The notes under the pieces are model-generated. The model did no database searches. It worked only from the letters and a program-made list of their open reading frames with translations, and was not told the DNA's origin. Of a DNA stretch of 64,000 bases, positions 24,301-37,439 are shown in pieces (position 1 is the first letter of the stretch; each line of letters starts with the position of its first letter). The DNA comes from Epiperipatus broadwayi (lineage: Eukaryota > Animalia > Onychophora). Made by a program: the position numbers and the translations under genes. The stretch is from positions 12,152,001 through 12,216,000 of the forward strand of contig JAQFVV010000008.1 in NCBI GenBank assembly GCA_028023455.1. The letters run 5' to 3'.

Positions 24301-26515
24301 AATTATCTATATTGTATATATTAATGTTAAATCTATTGAATTAATTATTTCAACAAATTAAAAATTTATTTTGCAATTTTATTTATGTATATTATCTTGA
24401 ATGATGGAGTTAAATTTCAATTCATCAAATGTGTTATGCTTCTCTGCTTTCAAAATACCAAGGGATGGAGCAAGCTGAGAAAATGCCAATTTAAAACTAT
24501 TAAAATTTAAAAATAATAACACTACATAAATAGTTTTTTCTTAGTATCTTGTCTTATATCCCCCATCATGTCAAAAAAGGTTATATATCAAAATTCTTAG
24601 AATTATGTATAGAATTAATGAAGGGTGGCCAGTGATTTCTATTCAACTAATTTATAAATTATATATTTGTTTATCGTGTGGCTCTCTCTACATATAATCC
24701 TATACTGTCCTAAAAACTAATTTTTATTAAAGATGTTCATAATAAAATATATTTCAAATAATTCCTTTACATACCACTAAATTAATAATTCTTTTGATAA
24801 AAAGATTCTCTGTAATGAAAACTCATGTAAATGCAGTAATATTTAGAATTCAGGATGTTATTATATAAGAAGTAGCATTAATAAAGTTCTCTAAATGTAT
24901 ATCTTGCATTGTTTCTCGATGCAATAAAATATCTAAATTGAAACTGCAATCCATATATAAACTATGTAAGAAATAATGGATTGGGCTATCAGTCTATTTA
25001 GGTGTAATTAATCTCACTAATACTTAAATATTATTTTGTTAGATTTTTCAAATTTGAGATTATTAAAATATTTAATGTGGTCAGGTTTTTTACTAGAAAT
25101 ACTCATACTTGGTTAACTGGGGAAGCTTATGGTTTATATATAAAATAAATTTCATAATGTTATTCATGTAGACGGAAGGCTTCATAATTTGTTTATACCT
25201 CTACATATACTGTGTTCTTACCTTCATATATGTGTGGCAATGGCTGTATCATTATTTTCAATTTCATCATGTATTCTCTGTATAGTTCATGTGCCATATT
25301 GTCAAACTGCATGAGGGCAGACCAGACACCATGTGGCCAGCTTCCTAATCCATAGATTAGTGTCAGTCTAAGTCCCACAGGAGACTCTTTCCACTGGTAT
25401 GTGCCCTTGATTAGAAGCAGATACACATCTGCATGCAGAAACATCCATCCTTCAGTGGTAAACCATGCTATCAGATCACTAAGCTGATCATCCTTATTTT
25501 ATGTGCCATTGATCCCACTAACTTAAAGTAGTACCACAATTTTTAAGTAATATTTGCCTTTAACCTCCACCTGCACTCATCAGCAACCCTGGGTAATCTA
25601 AACTCAAACCCATACACAAGTTGTCCCAGTAAATAAATGTCATTATCTGTATGTTCAAACCTGAAATGGACTGGTAGATTATAATTTTCTAAACAGATTA
25701 AATAGAGGCTACATCATTGTTATAAGCTGCAACTACCTTCTACAGTGCTATGTAAAGCCAGCAGATCACCCCAATACAATATCTTGTAAGTTACTCTCTC
25801 ATTTTAAATTTATAATAAAACTTCTTATTCTTGTTAACTAAGTGTACATCCTTACTGCGACTTGGAACTATTAATTAGTTATTATCTATATAACTTAATA
25901 AATCAGTTAGGTAGTGTTATGTTCTATCATGCCAGCTGCTTGATGGCACTATTTCTGGCTAAATTGCTAGAAATATGAAGTTTCCGTGGTCACAGCCAAG
26001 CATATAGCCTCTTTTTATGATAAAATGGGGCCCATTTACTCACCTGCTGGCTACTGCTGTGGCTTTTTTCTATGCTAAAAGCACAGAAAAATGCCTTCAT
26101 TGGCTGCCATACTTGCCTGTGTTATGCACTTTATTGTAAAGCTGGGTTGTCTATTTTCACTGCAGTATGATGTGTTGACTGCATTGTCTCTAAATAATTG
26201 AACTTTTCAGTTCCAACCTTTTTTTTCATGTGAACTGACCTACTGGTACCTTCTAAACAGTTTTAACAATGTCATCACTGTTTCATCAGGACCCTCACAA
26301 ATTGGATTTTGGGGTGTGGCACAGCACTATTTCGAAGTTCCTGATGAAAGTAATGTATCCATGAGAAATCATCTGAGACAAGAAGGTGGCTGCTTCAAAT
26401 TCTTTAAATTGGCAATTACCAGACACTGGAGTCAGGTTTAATTTTAATAGTTTATAATTATTAACATTAGTAGGTAAATTGCAATCTAATTTACTTTCCC
26501 CCCCAAAATGCAGTG

Positions 26516-27020
26516 TCTGATTAATTACTGTCCAAAAAAAGGTAAATTTTACTTTTATTTTTTATTACAAAAAGTACTGTAACTTTTCCTAACCACACAT
26601 ACCCAAAGAATCCCATCTCTGATTAATTACTGTCCAAAAAAAGTATCCACTATATTTACTATTATTTGTTATTAAAAAATTAATGTAACTTTTTATGGAT
26701 ACACACACACAAAAATGCCACTCTCTGATTAATTACTGTCCCAAAAAAGTCAAAGTCGGCTTTCATTGTAAAATTTTGTTTGAATTTGTTTCAAAAAACA
26801 GTGTCTGATTAATTAAGGTCCCAAAAGGCTAAAATTTACTCTTATTTTCTATTAAAAAAGGAACATAACTTTTTACATCCACACACACACAACCAAAAAA
26901 GTCAGTCTCTAATTAATTACTGTCCAAAAAAGTCTCTAATGTACATTATTTGCTATTCAAAAGTAAAGTAATTTTTTATGGACACCCACACAAAAAATAC
27001 AGTCTGATAAATTACTATTC
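26516..27020. repeat. Six TCTGATTAATTACTGTCC motifs with diverged spacers, arranged as two ~285-bp trimers (ABC-ABC)
   Basis: Motif starts at 26516, 26618, 26724, 26804, 26908 and 27003 (spacings 102, 106, 80, 104, 95). Spacer 1 resembles 4, 2 resembles 5 and 3 resembles 6. Confidence 0.9.
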
Positions 27021-27162
27021 CAAAAAGTCGGCTTACATTTTTATATTTTGTTTGAATTTGTTAATTTTATGGAAATCGTAATATAATTTACTTTTATTTC
27101 CTATTTCAAATATAGTCATATAACAGTTGGGGTGGATCAGAGGTCTTTCTGTATCTGTGCTA

Positions 27163-27546
27163 CAGGGTGCTACCAGGCTATTTGAACCTGGAAAATTTAT
27201 AGAGCAGGCAGATATGCGCTGTTAAAGATCCAACTTTTACATATATATTTTACCACGACCGTCAGCACTAGTCACTAGCTCATGGAGTAGCAGAAGTTTA
27301 AAACATATTTATTAAAATATATTTTTAATAAAGATTAAAAATAAAAAACTAGATCACTGTCAGGATTAATAACACAAAAGAGTTTATTCACATATATATA
27401 TATGACAACACACAAATTTAAAAAAAAATTATTATAAAAATAATTGTTTTAGGTTTCATTATTATTATTATTATTATTATTATTTTTTAACTTTAATTTT
27501 TAATCTTAGAATGTTGAGCATAGATAGGCCACCTAGACAGCGCACT
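27163..27546 (+). mobile_element. MITE-like relative of the TA|CAGGG element family
   Basis: Starts TA|CAGGGTGCTACCAGGCTATTTGAACCTGGAAAATTTATAGAGCAGGCAGATA, matching the end of the 1-467/3975-4443 element, and shares GTCACTAGCTCA...GAGTAGCAGA. Degenerate right TIR CCTAGACAGCGCACT|TA. Confidence 0.55.
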
Positions 27547-30500
27547 TAAAAGATTTTCAAAACATTAGACTCCAGGCTAAAAGTCCACAGCCACACTAAT
27601 TCTCACTTTCAGGTATATATCCGCAACCAATGCAATGTAAACATGTTAGCACAGAACCACGCTGATGGGAATGTGCATCTGACAGCGTGATATTATTTGA
27701 AGATCATGACCTTCATCCAGTACAGGAATGTACATCTGTCTGGCAAAGGAATCATGCATATAAAACAATAAAAAGAGAATGCTACATATGGATGGGAGAG
27801 TGGTCTATCTTGCCGACTTATAGTCCCTATCCATAGAGCTGAAAGGGGTCAAAGTCATGGGAAGTACTCCACATCCATTTCAATGCCACGACTACTCCTT
27901 TGGGGTCATGCATTCAGTTGGGCAAGTTGCCCTAAATGCTAACATACTTCACATTACATTGATATAAACATCCATATATCTTTCCATCAGCATCGACATA
28001 ACTACGAAACAAATAGTCTGAGATCAAAACCCCTTTAAACTAACATATACTTAAATGAGGCTAAGCAGCTATCTACACTCAACTTAAATTTAAGCCAATT
28101 TAATAATTTAATTGTTTAAAAAAAATCTTTAGTTTAGGGTTTTTAACTTATTTTAAAATCACATTATATTCAACTTATTTTTACCACAAATAATATATTT
28201 GACCTATTTTTTAAAATTTAATAATGCACAAACAATGATACGTGTTTGATTTTATCTTTAAATTCATTTGCAATCGCAAACTTCTGCCCTATTACAAACA
28301 GACCTTATACTAAGCATAAATAAAAAAAAATATACATATTTTAAAAAGATTACGTTTAAACTTTTGTTAAGACTTTAAAATTGCAAAGTTTATAAAAAAT
28401 AAATTTCTGGTTTGATCAGGAAAGAAAATCTATAGTTCATATTTAAAGAAAAATAAAGTTCGGAGATTTTAAATTGAAGAGAGTTTATATTTCATTTTTA
28501 TCATTTATAATTTATACTTTCCTTTCTCCGTGCTCATTCCTTCGTGACGAAGATTTAAATTTACACAAGGGCCATTTCTTGTGGACGATGATGCTTTATG
28601 AAGATTTATAATGATTTCTGAAGATGGTACCAGTGGTTCGATCCTGGGATCCATGGAGATGAAAGCTGCCTTTGGCCGGCCGAACCAAGGGAAGCATGAT
28701 TAAAACAAATTACATTTTTGGTAATGGCAACAATAACTTTTAACTTTTCAGCAACGACAAATTGAATTCAAAATTCTAATCTTCTAATTAATTCTTTCTT
28801 TTGAATTTTTCCTTTTATAGTCCTGAAACGTCTTATCTAGGAATGCACGGATTCATCTGACATATTTCATATATGTATTTCATTGGTTCATTGGGTTTGT
28901 AGCTAAGTAGATATTTTCTCTGTGGTCTGTGTATATATCTTGGTGGGAAAAGCAAGTTTTTGCTTCTATTTCTCGACTCTTATCTATTTTGTAATAATCT
29001 TTTTAACGGTTATTTTGCCCTAAGGATCTGTTTGTAATTTTATTTTTGTTAAAAACTCTCTTCGTTATTTTTAAAATTAAAATGTTTTTATTATATTTAT
29101 TAAAAGATTAGAATCTTTACTTCGATTCTATAATTTTTTTTAAGCTTATTTTATTTCAATATTTAAATTAAACTTATTAATAAATTAATAACTCATTATT
29201 TGTGCATTTCGAACATCTGTGCTTTTAATTCATTATTAGATATTTACAAAAAAAAATTTAAGTACTAAAATTTAAATGTAATGTATATATACCCTGTTAC
29301 AGTCAATAGTTCTATAGAATTGCTGCCCTGGAAATGTTATATCTATGTGTTTTTGCTTAGCATCATTACCATCACGTGGCTGATAGAACAGAACACTACA
29401 GTCAGTTATTTGCAAAACAAACAACATCCATGGTTTTGTATCTTATAGATATAATATTAGATCTGTAATATTATAGAAATGACTAAAGTTCCAAATCATA
29501 CCAAACAAGGATAATATAAACTTTGTGATCCTTAAGAAGTGCTAGCATGGCATGAGTTATGGAGAACTCTGAGCTATGTCGCACTGTATGAAGGGAAGCT
29601 GCCTGACATCAAGGATGTTAATTAGGTAGTTGAGACTAGTAAGCCTAGGTAGGGGCTTAAACTTGGAAAATGGGAATAACTCTCTGTCTGCTGATTGAGA
29701 GTCCCTGCTTGGTCTTTTGGTTTTGTTGACTCATTATAAAATCTTGACCATTACAATATTAATTCTATGAATATAAGACATGGTCAAAAGCAGCACTAAG
29801 CTGTAAATTTTTGAAGAATAAATTTATAACCTTTCTGGCAGGGCACCATCACTATTTATTGAATTATAGACAAATAAGGAAAAAACAAAATTTGATTGAA
29901 TTACAATTCTCCTTTTTGTTAGTAAACTCATTATTAAGTTCAATTGCTAACTTTTATAATTCTATTTGCTCAATTAATATTCTAATTGGCATTTTAATTA
30001 TCTGTCTTCTATATATTTATTAATTGCCAAATGTACAGCATTATTGATATTCTATGGTAATTATTCTGTAACATTAGAAAAATAAAACTGAGGTTAAAAT
30101 GATTTGGTGTATCTTCATGGATTAAACATTTTGAAACTGACGTAGCACTACTATAATTTGAAAATCTGAAAGTATACATAAAGACTTGCACTCTTTCAAT
30201 TTTCAATTTCAAACTTGATATCTCTATACAAATATAAATCAGCCAATAGGTTGGCTAATGAATTAAAAAATGAACAAAATATTCCAATGGCTAAATAAAT
30301 AAAAAATAAAAAAAAGGGAACACTATCTATCCATTGACTTCATAAGAATATCATTTTTTAGTCATGTTATTTTCAATGCAATAACAAAAAAGATTTAATG
30401 ACTCATTAGCAAATAATATGTATATCCTTTCAACTTTTAATTATATGGGTATTTGGCACCATATTGAATTTAAAAAAAACTGATTTGACACAAGATTTTT

Positions 30501-30656
30501 CACAATAATTTCAGTTTTAATAATGTTAGAGCAAAATGCTAGATATTAACAGAAAATAGAAAAACTAAAAAAAGAATAAGGCTAAGACAAATAGTGATTA
30601 CCATTAAAAAAAAAAAATAATATCCAAAAAAATTATTACTTTATTGTTTGTTCATA

Positions 30657-30705
30657 ATAGCTGCCTTCCAAGCAGCTGGCCCAGGTTTGCTTCCCAGTCA
30701 ACATA
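30657..30705 (+). pseudogene. 5'-truncated tRNA-Gly(TCC)-derived copy followed by an A-run
   Basis: ATAGCTGCCTTCCAAGCAGCTGGCCCAGGTTTGCTTCCCAGTCAACATA matches the 3' two-thirds of tRNA-Gly(TCC). It has the same altered T-loop (GGTTTGCTTCC) as the 60024 copy; A-run at ~30717-30728. Confidence 0.8.
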
Positions 30706-31483
30706 TTTGACATATGAAAAAAAAAAAACTAAGTTTAAAATTACATCTTCATTGATAATTTCTTTGAATTCCTTACACAATTCTCATTCAAACCATATAT
30801 AATGCTTACCCAAGATAATCCATAGCTTCAGTATTTACAAAAGTAGTCACATAAGAATTCATTTTTATCTTGTATTCCAAAAGTTAAAAAAAACTCAAGG
30901 CACTTGTAAGAAAAAGATTAATCCTAATAAAAGATACAAAACAAATCATTTCCAGGTGGATATGCATTTGTAATCATAGCAATTGGCTTCTTATCTGTCC
31001 AAAACTAAAAAAATGAAGGGTACTGTCTGTATCAATGATGCTTTCTTTTATATTTATTGTCCCACATAAATAATTTATTTGCATATAGCTCATTTCCATA
31101 GCTATAGACTTGAAAATAATGTGATGCAAGATGTGGCAAAACTACTGATTCCACAACATGGATACCAAGGCATAGGCAAGAATCAAGATTTGATTCTTTG
31201 CCTGTATATAACTATTGTGGCTATCACCACACACACCACTTGAAACCACTCTTTATTGGTTTTAAGAGTTTATATTTTCACATTACTATGCCTAGTAAAT
31301 TTTGTCATTGCTTTATCATTTGCAACCTTTCTGTACATCTGATAATCAGTTTTAAAAATTTACATTGCACTGCTCTATAATACCATAATTTTATATACAA
31401 AAATCATTACTTGTTATACAATCACAGACATGCAAATACAAATGCACTAATAAATTATTAAATCTTTTGAAAATCATTATGTC

Positions 31484-32884
31484 ATTAAAACTGACAGTCA
31501 CAACTTTTCGCCCTCAATTTTTAAAAAATTGAACTCTATTTTATTCGTACAATGTAATTGTAAAGTATATCTAACTATAAATGTATTCTTTACATGAAGG
31601 TTAATAAAAAAAAGTAAAAAAAAACTTACATTTTTATGTGCAATTTTGAGCTAGGTTATAAACTATTAAATATTAACATTCATATGTAGCAAAACTTAAC
31701 AAATGTCACAAAAGAAGTTGTCCTTGCCATCAAAATTATGAACTACTTTTGACACGTTGTAATTTTTGCAATATCAAGACTGTCAGAGAGAATTTCCATC
31801 ACTTCTTTGGGTCTCCAAAATGAAATTTTAGATGTTGTGGCTGTTCTGGCAGAAAGCTGGAATATGTCACTTGCTGAAACAATTTCAAACTCCAGAATTG
31901 ACCATGAAATGGCTGGCCAGGAGACGCTTATTGAAGAACAGTATGCCATGTCTGCTATGCATTATTCAATAATTGCGGGTGAAATATTCAGACAGCTTAG
32001 ATAGTATTAGATGGCAATGCAGAATATGCCAATGTAATCCATAAAAAGTGGGTTTTTTTTTCTGAGGCCATCTGTCTTAGAACTTCATTGTTCATATAAT
32101 ATTTTATTGGATGAATAATTTGCCAATGCATTTTATTGTTCACGAGACTGATGTTAGCAAATGAGTGATCATAGACTGGTGTCATTTTTGCCAGGAATAA
32201 TGTACTACATATTTAGACAGAAATCTAGCACTTGTCAGCAGATTTGATGTCAACGGTGAACCACAGTTAGTGGAGATCGATGAGTCATATTTCTTTCACC
32301 GAAAACACCATAGAAAAGCAATGAGAGGCCATTGGGTATTCAGTGGGATAGAGAGAGGATCAAGAGTTTTTTTTAACAGAAATTGAAGATGAATCAGCTG
32401 CCACTCTGGAATTGCTCATACAGCAACACATTTTATCTGGTACCCATATAATCACTGATGGCTAGTATGTATATAGCAATATAAGTGATCTAGATAATGT
32501 TATATACCTTTACTCTGTCATCACCCACAAAGACAACTTTGTTGACTCGGATGACGAACTTATCCACCCTAATAATGTGGATGAGAACAAAGCATAAGCT
32601 AAAATACCAATTTGGTACCAGCAGATTTGTTTTCATCATACCTGCAGGAATTTGCTTTTAGGGGTATGCACAAAGATGCCACCATTTTTTGGGAATTTTC
32701 TCATATACACAGCTCAAAACTACGCATAAAAATGTAAGTTTTTTTTTTAGTTTTTTTATTAACCTTCATGTAGAAAATATATTTATAGTTAGATATACTT
32801 TACAATTACATAGTACAAATAAAATATAGTTCAATTTTTTAAAAATAGAGGATGAAAAGTTGTGATCACTATGTCAGTTTTACC
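31484..32884 (+). mobile_element. Merlin (IS1016/ISXO2-like) DNA transposon with decayed DDE transposase
   Basis: 8-bp TSD ATTATGTC at 31476-31483 and 32885-32892; ~170-bp TIRs (right end reads GGTAAAACTGAC inward). Translation at ~32270-32580 gives VEIDESYFFHRKHHRK...HWVFSGIERGS...SAATLELLIQQHILSGTHIITDG...HKDNFVD, typical ISXO2-like motifs. Stops and frameshifts present. Confidence 0.93.
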
Positions 32885-33000
32885 ATTATGTCTATAAAAT
32901 AAGGTTGCCTCAATCTTGGGTCAGAGCTCAAAATTACATTGTATATAAACCACTGTCATATTCGAATACAAACATAATTTATATACTACAGATACACTAA

Positions 33001-36000
33001 TTATCATCAACCATTATCAATCCACTGCAGGAAGAAGGTCTCTCCAAGTTCAATCCATCTTTTCCTATCTTTAGCTTCTCTTCTCCACATCACCCCTGCA
33101 CACTTTTTTATTTCATCCATCCATCTCACATGTGATCTCTTTCTGAGTCTTTTACAATCTCTTGAAATCCAGTTCAAAATTTCAATTGTCCATCTATTAT
33201 CATCCCTTCTAGCAATATGTCCAGCCCAACTCCATTTCAGTCTTAATTTTTTCAATGAGGTCAGTAACACCTGTTTATTCGCTCACCCATACATTGTGTT
33301 TTCGATCTCTTCTTGTCACTCCCAACATGCATCTCTCTATACTTCTTTGAGTGGTCTGAAGCCTCTGTATTGCTCTTCTATTAAGTGTCCAAGTCTCAGA
33401 TCCATAAGTAAGAACTGGCAAAACACATTTATTAAAAACCTTCATTTTTAAACACATAGACATATTTCCTTTTAGTATCAAGTTATTTCTACCAAAAGCA
33501 CTCCAACCAAGTTTAATCCTATGATTAATTTCATCCATTATGTTTCCATCTGTATTAACAATCTTATCAAGGTATTTGTAACTATTAACTTCTTCTAATT
33601 CATCATAATCAATCTTTATTTTCATAAACAAAGCAAAACTCTCCATACAGTATTGCCACCTGTGTTATTAATGTGCTAGCATAGGAGATGTGATCATGTG
33701 ATGCTTTATTTTCATATTTTGAGAAAATCTATTAAATATTACTTTAGTCTTTTTAACATTTATCTTTAGTCCTACTTTCATCTGATAACTCCTGCAACAT
33801 TTCCTGTAGCTCTAAAGCATTATTTACAAAAACAACTACCTCATCTGCAAAACCTAAATGACTTAAATAATCTCCATTTACTTTCACTCCTTTAGCTTTC
33901 CATTTTAATCCATAAAATACTTCTTGCAGCACTGCTGTAAAAAGTTTTGGAGATATGGAGTCTCCTTGTCTTACACTCTTTTCAATGTTGATTTTCCTAC
34001 TATCATTATATAATCTAATTGTTGCTGTTGCATTTTTATAAATATTCTTTAAAATATGACAATATCCTGGATCTACACCTTGATGATCCAATGCTTTAAT
34101 CACTGAAGAATGTGTTTATAGAATCAAATGCCTTTTCATAATCTACAAATTCTAAGCATAATGGCAACTCATATTCATTTGTCCTTTTTATAACTTCTTT
34201 CAATACCTGGATATGATCTACTGTACTAAAACCACTTTTAAATCCAGCTTGTAGACGAGTTGTAATTATCTTAGTAAAAATTTTGTATAAAACTGATTAA
34301 AGACTGATAGGTATGTAATTTCTAATATCTTCTTTATCACCTTTTTTAAATATTAATATTAATACTGCATTTTTCCAATCATCTGGTACATCTTTATCAT
34401 TTAGACATTTGGTATATAACTTTGCTAAAAAATTTCTATTTCTTCACTTGCTTCTTTTAATATATCAATTATGATTCCATCATTACCTGGAGCTTTCCCT
34501 TCTTCATAAATTTAATTGCATGTCTCATTTCCTCATTCAAAATTCTGGCAATTCAGAAGATATAATAGGTATAGGAGGCACTTGTTCTTTATTACTATAT
34601 AATTCTTGATAGAAGTCTTCTACACATTTCATGATGTCATCTTTCTTTTTAGTAATAATGCCATCTTTTTTTCTTATTGCAGATATAAATTTCCTACCAA
34701 TACCAAAATGTTGTTTTACACTCTTTAGACTTTTATTCTCTTCTACAGCTTTCCTTGCTAGTTCACAATTATACTTTCTTATATCATTTTCAACTCTTTT
34801 CTGCACCATTTTACAAAATTCGAGATACTCAATCTTTTTTAATGCATCATTGTTGTATCCTCATATTCCTTCTTTTCTTCATAAATTCTCTAGTCTCAGT
34901 AGAAATTATATTGGTAAATTGCTGCTTTTTTCTACCAGCTATCTTTGTTGCAGTTTTTAAAAGTGTATCAGTTATTTTCTTATTAATGTCATTCAAATCT
35001 GAATCATGTTCAACATCTACTAATGCTTGAAACCGATTTATAAGTTCTAATTTAAATTCATTAGAATATTTTTGAAGATTGGGAATATCAACTGTAAACA
35101 TTGTTTTTCTTAATAATTTTTGTCTCTCTAGTTTTGCATTAACATGTATATTACATCTTACTAATCGATGATCACTTCCTGTGTTAAATTTATTAAGAAC
35201 ATTACAATCTTGAAATATATATTTTCTAGTCAAAACATAATCCAATTCTGCTGTACCTTCATTTGGATGCTTCCATGTCCATTTCCTTTTAACATTTTTC
35301 TCAAAAAAATAATTCATAATATAAAGTTTTTATTTTTCTGCAAACTCCACAAGTCTATGTCCTCTCTCATTTCTATTACCATAACCAAAATTACCTGCAG
35401 CATTTTCATCTTTCATTTGTTTATCAATTCTGACATTAAAGTCTCCCATAACAATTTTAAAATGTTGTTTACTCTGATCAAAAACCTTTTATACATCCAT
35501 ATAAAAATCTTCTACTACTTCACCAATATGAGAACTTGTTGGGGCATAAACCTGAATTATCTGCATTTGGTATCTGCTATTAAGTTGTAAAACTAATCTT
35601 GCCACTCTGTCCGATACACCATCAATCTCCACAATGTTATTGTTCCATTTTTTATTTATAATGAATCCTACTCCACTTGTATTTCCAATATTTGTGCCTT
35701 TATAGTAGAATATATGTCCACTTTTTAAATCGTTTCTATACCTTTTCTTCTAACTTCACAAAGTCCAATAATGTCCCATTTAATATAAGACAGTTCTTCT
35801 AACTCTTGCAATCTTCCTTCACTTGAAAAAAAAAAGTCATCATCAAATTGCAGCCTGAGTCTGCAATCAGGGGATTCTTAGCACCCTCCACCTTTGCCAC
35901 CAACCGCTGCCTTGGTTGATGACTTTACAGCCTCCTGGGAATAAGGGCCATGATTTATTTTTGTCTGTCATCATTGTATATATTGGAAAAAATATTCTTA

Positions 36001-36060
36001 AACTCGGAGGTCAAAAGCTAATAAACTCACCACACTGGCTAATGCATGTTGGTGAGCAGC
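33001..36060 (-). mobile_element. RTE-clade LINE (APE + RT), decayed; 5' boundary approximate
   Basis: Fragmented minus-strand ORFs: APE (WDIIGLCEVRR; WTWKHPNEGTAELDYVL...SDHRLV) and RT (RQGDSISPKLF, HLGFADEVVV, SYKYL, VLTYGSETW, LKWSWAGHIARRDDNRWT...WIDNG). Short TGA/TAA-type tail at ~33001. Confidence 0.92.
33627..33703. mobile_element. 77-bp ribozyme-less mini insertion of retrozyme family 1 inside the RTE RT
   Basis: 13-bp TSD CTTTATTTTCATA at 33614-33626 and 33704-33716. The left part matches 49726-49763 and the right part matches the inverted piece ending at 50397. Removing it restores ...INVKKTKVIFNRFSQNMKIKIDYDELEEVNSYKYL. Confidence 0.88.
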
Positions 36061-36929
36061 CCATCCATGTTCATGTACTATATGAATAATCATATAGTAA
36101 TAACAGCTGCAACGACAAGAAGCGTATGGAGTCGACATTAGGAATTTGCCATCATCGGTTCCTTTAAGATCTCCAAGAGGAATTAAAGGGTCTCCTTTCA
36201 GTTAACAGCAAACTCCTTTCTGCACTAATATAAACACATTAATAAATTATACTTTAAACAAGTAATAAAAAAATTAAACTTAAATACTTACCTATATTAT
36301 ATTTATTTTCAGAATGAAGACCTTGAAATTAAAAAACCATCAAAGCATTTTGAATCCATTTTATTAAGGACTCTGGCCAATATAAAAATTGTGTTTTGAG
36401 TCTTCTTCATGCAATCTAGTAAACTAAGCAGAAAAAATAAATAAATAAACTTATTAATAGAAATATTAATTTAAAAAAACACAAGTACATCTGATTTTAA
36501 CATGCCATAGTCCATTTTAAAAAGGAACTCAAGCTGCAGAGACTAGTCTTTTTTGTTTTCTCACAATTTTAAAAAGACAAAAAAAAATTTAATTTCAACG
36601 AATCAGGGCAGTGACACAAACATTTATGAAATCATTTTTAGATATCAGTCACTAAGTATTTACATCAAAAGGTAATCTTCTGGAATTTAATTTCTATATT
36701 ACAAAATTCTTATTATGCAGTCAAGCAGAGAATATTTCATTTTAATTAAGCTATTACTAATCAAATCATTATGAAAAAATCAGTCAGGATTCTTTTTAAT
36801 AAATTCATATCAACCCTATTCCCATAACAGTTAATTCCATGATCAGAATCGTAACAAAGCTTGAAAATCTGAATGTGCAATTTTAATGTTTGAAAGATAT
36901 AGAAATTAAGCCTGAATGTTTATGAAGAA

Positions 36930-37439
36930 TGTTATATATAGGTATAAAGTAATAATAATTGATAATGGTTATAGATTGTCAAGCTTATTTTCTTAACTAC
37001 AACAACTAACATATATAGAACAAAACAAGTCAGGGAACCCGGATCTAACGTCTGACAGATATGAGTTACCAACTACTCCAGAAATAGAAAAAAAATGAGA
37101 CCGAGACATGACAGGTATATAAGCAAAAGACAAATAACTCTCAGAGTATTTTTATCCTGCTACAGTGGCTTGCAGGTGTGTTCAAGAGGACAGAATATCC
37201 CAGGTTATCGGCACCTGTAGGTAATCCAGCCAACTAGGGTCTTAAACAGATCGTACTGATCTTTTATTATTTTACAATGCTCAACTGGCTTTCCCAGATA
37301 ATAAATAGATGCCTGTTGCAGGTAGCATGAACTTTACTTATAATTTTATGTAAATTTGGTACTCAGAAGTTACACCTGGTCTCTGTTTATTAAACCAAGT
37401 TAACATTGCTGATCACTCGGCAAAACCCGGGACACAGCA
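36930..37439 (+). repeat. 5' LTR of Ty3 element 1 (510 bp)
   Basis: TGTTATATATA...GGGACACAGCA; aligns with 41666-42265. Confidence 0.95.

Noticed and set aside
26255-26295. Minus-strand CTGATGA-AACAGTG-ATGA-CATTGTT-AAAAC hammerhead-like motif
   Set aside because: Stem II is good, but G12 is replaced by A and no stem I can form.
26516-27020. CRISPR-like repeat-spacer appearance
   Set aside because: Spacers are long, unequal and homologous to one another; the context is eukaryotic and there are no cas genes.
35880-36200. HDV-like ribozyme in the RTE 5' region, as known for some RTE elements
   Set aside because: I could not assemble the nested double pseudoknot by eye; only a 10-bp hairpin at ~36077-36100 is visible. 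A descriptor-based search is needed.
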